Source: Flavobacteriaceae bacterium
GTDB lineage: Bacteria > Bacteroidota > Bacteroidia > Flavobacteriales > Flavobacteriaceae
Reading direction: 5' to 3'
Assembly: GCA_050049275.1 (NCBI GenBank)
Contig: JASFWO010000001.1
Location: 1 to 24,564, forward strand
DNA length: 24,564 nt
Shown in pieces: positions 17,462 through 24,564 of this stretch. Position numbers and translations under genes: made by a program. The notes beneath the pieces were generated by a model, which worked only from the letters and a program-made list of their open reading frames with translations, was not told where the DNA came from and searched no databases. Positions within the stretch are counted from its first letter, which is position 1, and each line of letters starts with the position of its first letter.

Positions 17462-17984
17462 AGTAGTACATGCCATTTATGATGACGATGATGTCTTGCT
17501 CCACGCAGTAAAAGACATCAAGGCCGCCAACCATCACATTGAAGAGGTGTTTACACCCTTTCCTGTACACGGTTTAGACAAAGCCATGGGACTGGCTCCC
17601 ACACGCCTTGCAATCGCTTCCTTTATGTTTGGATGCTTGGGCCTTGCCGTTGCTATAACCATGATCAATTATATCATGATTGATGACTGGCCTCAAGACA
17701 TCGGAGGAAAACCAAGCTTTTCCTTTTTAGAAAACATGCCCGCTTTTGTTCCCGTGTTGTTCGAGATGACGATCTTTTTCGCTGCCCATTTAATGGTTAT
17801 TACATTTTATATGCGAAGCAGATTATGGCCTTTTAAAGAGGCTGAAAATCCCATTCCTGCGACCACAGATGATAAGTTTTTGATGGAAGTAGCAGTTGGA
17901 AAAGATGAAAAAAAATTAATCGCGCTGCTCAAAAAAACAGGAGCGCAAGATGTCAGTGTTCACCTAAAAGAAGAAGAAGCATGA
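17451..17984 (+). CDS. actD: Alternative complex III subunit ActD (DUF3341)
   Basis: EVFTPFPVHGLDKAMG and FVPVLFEMTIFFAAH; position between actC and actE. Confidence 0.9.
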   Translation: MSHKVVHAIYDDDDVLLHAVKDIKAANHHIEEVFTPFPVHGLDKAMGLAPTRLAIASFMFGCLGLAVAITMINYIMIDDWPQDIGGKPSFSFLENMPAFVPVLFEMTIFFAAHLMVITFYMRSRLWPFKEAENPIPATTDDKFLMEVAVGKDEKKLIALLKKTGAQDVSVHLKEEEA

Positions 17985-18529
17985 AAACATCTTTTCACTT
18001 AATGCTTATCGGAGCATTGTTTCTTTCGTTAACCGCTTGTTATGATCCCTCGCAACCCAACTACCAGTACTTTCCAAACATGTATGAGTCTGTAGGGTAT
18101 GGCACTTATGCCGAGGCACCATTTGCCGATGGTACAGCTGCTCAACTCCCTGTAGAAGGGTCTGTTCCAAGAGGTTGGGAACCTTATGATTATCCAAACA
18201 CCAACGAGGGTTACGAGTTGGCCAAAGCCAAGCTTACATCCCCTCTTGAAGAAACCCCAGAAAGCTTGACACGTGGAAAGGAATTGTACGATATATACTG
18301 TGCGGTTTGTCACGGTGCCAAAGGAGATGGTCAAGGTATTTTAATGAAACGCGAAAAGTTTTTGGGAATTCCTAGCTATGCCGATCGTGAAATTACAGAA
18401 GGCAGTATTTACCATGTGCTTATGTACGGTAAGAACGCTATGGGGTCTCATGCAGGTCAGGTCAACGCCACGGAGCGTTGGCAGATTGGACAATATGTTT
18501 TAAAACTCAGAGCCGAATTAATTAAGTAA
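17981..18529 (+). CDS. actE: Alternative complex III subunit ActE (monoheme cytochrome c lipoprotein)
   Basis: Lipobox LSLTAC, YFPNMYESVGY, heme motif CAVCH and distal Met in KNAMGSH; ATGA overlap with actD. Confidence 0.92.
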   Translation: MKTSFHLMLIGALFLSLTACYDPSQPNYQYFPNMYESVGYGTYAEAPFADGTAAQLPVEGSVPRGWEPYDYPNTNEGYELAKAKLTSPLEETPESLTRGKELYDIYCAVCHGAKGDGQGILMKREKFLGIPSYADREITEGSIYHVLMYGKNAMGSHAGQVNATERWQIGQYVLKLRAELIK

Positions 18530-18531
18530 GG

Positions 18532-19905
18532 ATGATGTATACGTTTTCAAAAAGATTAAAACTTATCTCCATCGCACTGATGATTTTGGGTGCTGTGGGC
18601 TTGGTTTCGGGTTTCTTATCCGCTCCGGACTCTGTAGAAGAGGCCAAAGCCATGGTTGCAGATGCGCATGGTCATGCAAGTCATGATGCACATCATACAG
18701 ATTCGTATGCATCCACCGATTCCCACCAATACGCACACCAAGACGCACACCATGATGCGCATGGAGACGCACATGCTGGGCACGATGCGGGCCACGACAG
18801 CAGTCACGACGAACACTTACTACACCAACTACAAAACAAACCATGGGCTGCTCTTTATGTAGCTGCTTTGTTCTTTATGATGATTGCTTTGGGGGCCTTG
18901 GCTTTTTATGCGATCCAACGTGCTGCACAAGCAGGATGGTCTATTTTGCTCTTCCGCGTGATGGAGGGGATTACCTCCTATTTGTTCCCAGGATCAGTCA
19001 TCGTATTTGTGTTGTTGGTCTTATCGGGGCTACACCTCAACCACCTTTTTATATGGATGGATGCTGATGTGGTTGCTCACGACGAAATCATTCAAGGAAA
19101 AGTTTCATATCTCAACGTTCCATTCTTTTTGGCACGTGCCCTTTTTTATATTGTCGGTTGGAACTTGTACCGCTACTACTCACGTAAATTCTCTTTGGCA
19201 CAAGATCAAACCAATGGAATCGCGTATCACAAAAAGAATTTCCGCATCTCTGCCGCCTTTTTGGTGTTCTTCATCGTAACAGAATCGATGATGTCATGGG
19301 ATTGGATCATGTCTGTTGACCCACACTGGTTTAGTACCTTATTTGGATGGTATGTGTTTGCCAGTATGATTGTCACGGCAGTTACCATCATCGCCATGGT
19401 AACCATCTATCTAAAATCCAAAGGTCTTTTGCCTGACGTCAACGACAGTCACATTCATGACTTGGGTAAGTTTATGTTTGGGTTTAGTGTATTCTGGACC
19501 TACCTGTGGTTTTCTCAATTTATGTTGATATGGTATTCCAACATTCCCGAAGAGGTCACTTATTTTATCACCCGTATTGAAGACTACAACCTATTGTTCT
19601 TTGGTATGGTGGCTATGAACTTTGTTTTTCCACTATTGATATTGATGAACAGCGACTACAAACGCAACAATTGGTTCATCATTATCGCTGGGATTGTAAT
19701 CGTATTGGGGCATTATTTGGATGTGTACAATATGATCATGCCTGCAACCGTTGGAGACCAATGGTCATTTGGATTGTCCGAGATTGGCGCTTTGATGCTG
19801 TTCTCTGGACTGTTTATTTATATCGTATTTAACAACCTGACAAAAGAGCCCTTGCAGCCCACAAAGGATCCTTTGGTTGGGGAAAGCAAACGCTTTGTTT
19901 ATTAA
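18532..19905 (+). CDS. actF: Alternative complex III subunit ActF with a His-rich loop
   Basis: Multi-pass ActC paralog: MMSWDWIMSVDPHWFSTLFGWY, HIHDLGKFMFGFSVFWTYLWFSQFMLIWY and NIPEE. Confidence 0.92.
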   Translation: MMYTFSKRLKLISIALMILGAVGLVSGFLSAPDSVEEAKAMVADAHGHASHDAHHTDSYASTDSHQYAHQDAHHDAHGDAHAGHDAGHDSSHDEHLLHQLQNKPWAALYVAALFFMMIALGALAFYAIQRAAQAGWSILLFRVMEGITSYLFPGSVIVFVLLVLSGLHLNHLFIWMDADVVAHDEIIQGKVSYLNVPFFLARALFYIVGWNLYRYYSRKFSLAQDQTNGIAYHKKNFRISAAFLVFFIVTESMMSWDWIMSVDPHWFSTLFGWYVFASMIVTAVTIIAMVTIYLKSKGLLPDVNDSHIHDLGKFMFGFSVFWTYLWFSQFMLIWYSNIPEEVTYFITRIEDYNLLFFGMVAMNFVFPLLILMNSDYKRNNWFIIIAGIVIVLGHYLDVYNMIMPATVGDQWSFGLSEIGALMLFSGLFIYIVFNNLTKEPLQPTKDPLVGESKRFVY

Positions 19906-19924
19906 TGTTTAGAACAAAAACCGC

Positions 19925-20995
19925 ATGACTGCACTTTTGACGATTACCGTTTTAGTTTTGGTTGGTATTGCTTTATGGCAAATTACCAAGATTTTCGAGG
20001 TCTCTCAACTCGGCCGTAAAAAAGACGATTCTCAAATTGCCAACGACAAAGACAATGAACTACAAGGTAAGCTTATGTTTGCCTTTTTGGTCTTTATCTA
20101 CCTAATCACCATATACTCTTTTTGGGCGTGGGGCGATGTGTTGCTACCCGAAGCTGCTTCTGAACATGGAGTAGACTATGACCGACTGATGTGGATATCG
20201 TTTGCACTGATCTTTTTTGTGCAAACCATTACTCAGGCTTTGCTACACTATTTCTCATACAAATATCGTGGCGAAAAAGATAAAAAAGCCTTGTTCTACG
20301 CAGACAACGACCGACTTGAGTTTATCTGGACCATCATTCCAGTAATTACCTTGGCCGGACTTATTCTGTATGGTCTTTACACATGGACCAACATCATGAA
20401 TATTGAAGAGGACGACGAAGCCTTAATCGTTGAGCTTTATGCCCAACAGTTCAACTGGAAAGCCCGCTATGCTGGAGCCGATAACGTATTAGGAGATGCC
20501 AACGTACGGTTTTTACAAGACTTTGACGGGCTAAACGTCATCGGAATTGATGCCTCTGACCCAAACGGACTCGATGATATAGTGGTGCAAGAGCTGCACT
20601 TGCCTGTAGGAAGAAAAGTCATCTTTAAAATGCGTTCTCAAGACGTATTGCACTCCGCCTATATGCCACACTTCCGTGCCCAGATGAACTGTGTTCCAGG
20701 GATGATTACGGAGTTTGCCTTCACGCCAACCATCACTACTGATGAGATGCGTATGAATCCAGACATGGTGGCCAAAGTCGAAAAAATTAACAAAATACGG
20801 TACGAAAACAGCCAAGAACTCATCGCCAATGGAGAAGAGGCCTTGGACCCGTATCAGTTTGATTATTTGTTACTTTGTAACAAAATTTGTGGTGCCTCGC
20901 ACTACAATATGCAGATGAAAATCATTGTAGAAGAAGAAAAAGATTTTAATAAATGGTTGGCCGAGCAATCCACTTTTGCTGAAACCATCCAATAG
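19925..20995 (+). CDS. coxB: Cytochrome c oxidase subunit II (CuA)
   Basis: LEFIWTIIP, AQQFNW, DVLHSAYMP and the CuA motif CNKICGASHYNM. Confidence 0.95.
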   Translation: MTALLTITVLVLVGIALWQITKIFEVSQLGRKKDDSQIANDKDNELQGKLMFAFLVFIYLITIYSFWAWGDVLLPEAASEHGVDYDRLMWISFALIFFVQTITQALLHYFSYKYRGEKDKKALFYADNDRLEFIWTIIPVITLAGLILYGLYTWTNIMNIEEDDEALIVELYAQQFNWKARYAGADNVLGDANVRFLQDFDGLNVIGIDASDPNGLDDIVVQELHLPVGRKVIFKMRSQDVLHSAYMPHFRAQMNCVPGMITEFAFTPTITTDEMRMNPDMVAKVEKINKIRYENSQELIANGEEALDPYQFDYLLLCNKICGASHYNMQMKIIVEEEKDFNKWLAEQSTFAETIQ

Positions 20996-21006
20996 AAAAG
21001 AAACTT

Positions 21007-22770
21007 ATGGGAGCAGACGCACATCACCACAAGGAAACGTTTATTACCAAGTACATCTTTAGCCAAGATCACAAGATGATCTCTAAGCAATATTTGATCA
21101 CCGGATTGGTAATGGGTATTGTAGGAATTGCTATGTCTTTGTTGTTCAGATTGCAATTGGCATGGCCTGAACAACCTTTTGGGGTTTTTGAATCCCTTTT
21201 AGGCAAATGGGCACCCGATGGTGTAATGGACCCCAACGTGTATTTGGCTTTGGTGACCATTCACGGTACCATCATGGTATTCTTTGTGTTGACGGCTGGT
21301 CTGAGCGGTACTTTCTCTAACCTATTGATTCCATTGCAAATCGGAGCACGCGATATGGCCTCTGGTTTTCTAAACATGGTCTCTTACTGGTTGTTCTTCC
21401 TCTCTAGTGTGGTCATGGTCATTTCGCTGTTTGTAGAGTCAGGACCTGCCGCAGCAGGATGGACCGTCTATCCGCCACTGAGCGCATTGCCACAAGCTCA
21501 GCCCGGTTCTGGACTGGGAATGACCCTGTGGTTGGTTTCTATGGCGATCTTTATTGCATCCTCATTACTTGGATCTTTGAACTATATCGTAACCGTAATC
21601 AACCTTCGCACCAAGGGGATGAGTATGACACGCCTTCCACTTACCATATGGGCGTTCTTTGTTACGGCTATTATTGGGGTAGTTTCGTTCCCAGTGCTCT
21701 TATCCGCAGCTCTGTTGCTGATCATGGATCGCAGTTTTGGAACCTCTTTCTTCTTGTCCGACATATTCATTCAAGGGGAAGTATTGCACTTCCAAGGAGG
21801 ATCACCTGTTCTCTATGAGCACCTGTTTTGGTTCTTAGGACACCCAGAAGTATATATTGTATTGCTACCTGCTTTGGGCATCACCTCAGAGGTACTGGCC
21901 ACCAACGCCCGTAAGCCCATCTTTGGGTACCGTGCCATGGTCGCTTCAATCTTGGCGATTGCCTTTTTGTCTACCATCGTTTGGGGACACCATATGTTTA
22001 TCTCAGGGATGAATCCATTCTTGGGGTCGGTATTTACCTTTACCACCCTATTGATTGCGATTCCTTCGGCGGTCAAAGCCTTTAACTACATCACCACCCT
22101 GTGGAAAGGAAACTTGCAGCTCAACCCTGCCATGTTGTTCTCTATCGGACTGGTATCTACCTTTATCACAGGAGGACTGACAGGAATCATCTTAGGGGAT
22201 AGTACCTTGGACATCAACGTACACGACACCTATTTTGTAGTGGCTCACTTCCACTTGGTGATGGGAATCTCTGCACTCTACGGACTGTTTGCAGGGGTAT
22301 ATCACTGGTTCCCAAAAATGTTTGGCCGTATGCTCAACAAAAACTTGGGTTACATTCACTTTTGGGTGACAGCGATCTGTGCCTACGGGGTTTTCTTCCC
22401 GATGCACTTTATCGGAATGGCCGGTTTGCCACGCCGATACTACACCAACACCGCTTTCCCATATTTTGACGACCTGGCAGATATCAATGTGGTCATTACC
22501 ATTTTTGCCTTGATCGCGGGTGCGGCGCAACTAGTGTTCTTGTACAACTTTATCCATAGCATGTTCTATGGGAAAAAAGCGGAACAAAACCCATGGCGCT
22601 CGACCACTTTGGAGTGGACCGCACCTGTAAAACATTTTCATGGCAACTGGGAAGGTGACATACCTGAAGTACACCGCTGGGCCTATGACTACTCCAAGCC
22701 TGGACAAAAAGAAGACTTTGTTCCGCAGCACATTCCGCTGGCCAAAGGCGAAGAAGAACTACAGCACTAA
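21007..22770 (+). CDS. coxA: Cytochrome c oxidase subunit I, type A1 heme-copper oxidase
   Basis: SQDHK (D-channel Asp), HGTIM, WFLGHPEVY, WGHHMF, HDTYFVVAHFH and GLPRRY. Confidence 0.97.
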   Translation: MGADAHHHKETFITKYIFSQDHKMISKQYLITGLVMGIVGIAMSLLFRLQLAWPEQPFGVFESLLGKWAPDGVMDPNVYLALVTIHGTIMVFFVLTAGLSGTFSNLLIPLQIGARDMASGFLNMVSYWLFFLSSVVMVISLFVESGPAAAGWTVYPPLSALPQAQPGSGLGMTLWLVSMAIFIASSLLGSLNYIVTVINLRTKGMSMTRLPLTIWAFFVTAIIGVVSFPVLLSAALLLIMDRSFGTSFFLSDIFIQGEVLHFQGGSPVLYEHLFWFLGHPEVYIVLLPALGITSEVLATNARKPIFGYRAMVASILAIAFLSTIVWGHHMFISGMNPFLGSVFTFTTLLIAIPSAVKAFNYITTLWKGNLQLNPAMLFSIGLVSTFITGGLTGIILGDSTLDINVHDTYFVVAHFHLVMGISALYGLFAGVYHWFPKMFGRMLNKNLGYIHFWVTAICAYGVFFPMHFIGMAGLPRRYYTNTAFPYFDDLADINVVITIFALIAGAAQLVFLYNFIHSMFYGKKAEQNPWRSTTLEWTAPVKHFHGNWEGDIPEVHRWAYDYSKPGQKEDFVPQHIPLAKGEEELQH

Positions 22771-22793
22771 CCCTAGTTTACTGACAATGATTC

Positions 22794-22823
22794 AAACCCA
22801 CCTTTTGGTGGGTTTTTCTTTTT
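22794..22823 (+). terminator. Intrinsic terminator of the act-cox operon
   Basis: AAACCCACC-TTTT-GGTGGGTTT followed by TTCTTTTT. Confidence 0.85.
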
Positions 22824-22833
22824 GCTATCTTTG
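22804..22833 (+). promoter_or_regulatory. ruvB promoter overlapping the terminator
   Basis: TTTG (22804-22807), an 18-nt spacer, TATCTTTG (22826-22833), then 5 nt to the ATG. Confidence 0.7.
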
Positions 22834-22838
22834 GATAG

Positions 22839-23861
22839 ATGAACGAGCATTTAGACCCAAGCGGTTCCCACCTAAGTTCCGAAGACCAAGACATCGACCG
22901 TGCGTTGCGCCCCCTTCGTTTCGATGATTTTATGGGGCAGCCCTTGGTTTTGGACAACCTACAGGTGTTTGTCCAAGCCGCCAACCAACGCCAAGATGCC
23001 CTAGACCACACCCTCCTTCACGGCCCCCCAGGGCTGGGCAAAACCACCCTCGCACATATTTTGGCCAATGAGTTGGGCGTGGGGGTCAAAGTCACCTCGG
23101 GTCCTGTTCTTGACAAACCCGGAGATCTGGCCGGTCTGCTGACCAACCTCGAACCCCGTGATGTGCTGTTTATCGACGAAATTCATCGGCTGAGTCCGGT
23201 CGTAGAAGAATATTTATACTCCGCTATGGAGGATTACAAAATCGACATCATGATCGAATCGGGCCCCAATGCGCGCACGGTAGAGATCAACCTCAACCCC
23301 TTTACTCTTATTGGCGCTACCACACGATCGGGCTTGCTCACCGCACCCATGCGTGCTCGTTTTGGCATCAACTGCCGACTCGAATACTACACCACTGAGG
23401 TGCTGTCAACGATCGTAGAACGCAGTTCGGACATCCTCAACATTCCCATTGTGCCCGATGCTGCTGTGGAGATTGCCGGGCGTAGTCGCGGCACCCCGCG
23501 TATTGCCAATGCGTTGTTGCGTAGGGTTCGTGACTTTGCCCAGATCAAAGGCAACGGCACCATAGACATGGACATTTCTAAATTTGGCCTCGAAGCCTTG
23601 CATGTCGATGCGCATGGCTTGGACGAGATGGACAACAAAATCCTCACCACCATGCTCGATAAGTTTAAAGGAGGCCCGGTAGGGATCAATACCCTAGCCA
23701 CTGCGGTCTCTGAGAGCGCCGAGACCTTAGAGGAGGTCTATGAGCCTTTTTTGATTCAACAAGGTTTTATCGTACGTACGCCCCGCGGACGAGAAGTGAC
23801 CGACCTAGCTTACCAGCACCTAGGTCGTACCAAAGGAGGCGCGCAAGGCGGTTTGTTTTGA
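22839..23861 (+). CDS. ruvB: Holliday junction branch migration helicase RuvB
   Basis: LRP, Walker A GPPGLGKT, Walker [33 protein letters not shown] and YEPFL. Confidence 0.99.
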   Translation: MNEHLDPSGSHLSSEDQDIDRALRPLRFDDFMGQPLVLDNLQVFVQAANQRQDALDHTLLHGPPGLGKTTLAHILANELGVGVKVTSGPVLDKPGDLAGLLTNLEPRDVLFIDEIHRLSPVVEEYLYSAMEDYKIDIMIESGPNARTVEINLNPFTLIGATTRSGLLTAPMRARFGINCRLEYYTTEVLSTIVERSSDILNIPIVPDAAVEIAGRSRGTPRIANALLRRVRDFAQIKGNGTIDMDISKFGLEALHVDAHGLDEMDNKILTTMLDKFKGGPVGINTLATAVSESAETLEEVYEPFLIQQGFIVRTPRGREVTDLAYQHLGRTKGGAQGGLF

Positions 23862-24564
23862 ATCTCCAAACCCGCCATACCCAACTGATCAAGCAGCATG
23901 CCCAACGGTTGGGTTTTATGTCATGTGGGATTTCACCCGCCGGATTTTTGGAAGAAGAAGCCCCTCGTTTGGAAGCCTGGCTCAACAAAGGGCACCATGG
24001 TCAAATGGGCTATATGGAGCGCAACTTTGACAAACGTTTAGACCCTACCAAACTGGTTCCCGACGCCAAAAGTGTGGTGTCGTTGTTGCTGAATTATTAC
24101 CCCGAACAGACCCAACAAGATCCATCGGCACCCAAAATTTCTAAATATGCTTACGGATCAGATTACCACCACGTGATAAAAACCAAACTCAAAGAACTGA
24201 TGCATTGCATCGAAGAAGAGATCGGTGCGGTATCGGGTCGGGCTTTTGTCGATTCGGCGCCTGTTTTGGACAAGGCTTGGGCCGCCAAGAGCGGCTTGGG
24301 TTGGATGGGCAAAAACACCAACCTGATTAGCCAACAGAAGGGTTCTTTCTTTTTTATTGCCGAACTCATTATCGATTTGAAACTCGACTATGACCACTCC
24401 ACGACCGATCATTGTGGCACCTGCACCGCCTGTATAGATGCCTGTCCTACAGAGGCCATTGTTGCGCCCTACCAGGTAGACGGTAGCAAGTGCATTTCCT
24501 ACTTTACCATAGAGCTCAAAGACGCCATTCCGCAAGAGGTTAAAGGGAAGTTTGACAACTGGGC
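23858..24564 (+). CDS. queG: Epoxyqueuosine reductase QueG, 3'-truncated by the window edge (absent from the ORF track)
   Basis: Manual translation from TTG at 23858: [26 protein letters not shown]...GQMGYM...RLDP...[11 protein letters not shown]...[28 protein letters not shown]...[14 protein letters not shown]...KCISY...KFDNW. The frame is open to the window end. Confidence 0.95.
   Translation, partial: MNLQTRHTQLIKQHAQRLGFMSCGISPAGFLEEEAPRLEAWLNKGHHGQMGYMERNFDKRLDPTKLVPDAKSVVSLLLNYYPEQTQQDPSAPKISKYAYGSDYHHVIKTKLKELMHCIEEEIGAVSGRAFVDSAPVLDKAWAAKSGLGWMGKNTNLISQQKGSFFFIAELIIDLKLDYDHSTTDHCGTCTACIDACPTEAIVAPYQVDGSKCISYFTIELKDAIPQEVKGKFDNW

Noticed and set aside
22839-23861. ruvB without an adjacent ruvA
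   Set aside because: Unlinked ruvA and ruvB are usual in Bacteroidota to my knowledge.
24158-24535. Minus-strand 125-aa and 68-aa ORFs at the window end
   Set aside because: They are antisense to the truncated queG, which explains the region.

Overview
A compact, housekeeping-rich window from a Bacteroidota chromosome, most likely Flavobacteriaceae (inferred from TAnnTTTG promoter motifs, no obvious Shine-Dalgarno sites and gene content). In order: a 5'-truncated metallophosphoesterase; a cysteine-free thioredoxin-fold gene; DUF2723 (GT-C/TMEM260-like) membrane protein; tRNA-Gln(UUG); an AGMO-like sterol desaturase family gene; rimP-nusA-infB; a SPOR protein; the alternative complex III operon actABCDEF with cytochrome c oxidase subunits II and I; ruvB; and a 3'-truncated queG that is absent from the ORF track. 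No CRISPR array, transposase or integrase is visible. The most unusual stretch is 4988-5294. The tRNA promoter points first into a second copy of the tRNA-Gln 5' half, broken by two 20-nt insertions (one a near-perfect GC-rich palindrome). That copy ends in a hairpin whose loop shows the Gln codon CAA and whose 3' side is exactly complementary to the downstream tRNA anticodon arm. All analysis was by eye; family assignments come from motif recognition, not database searches.
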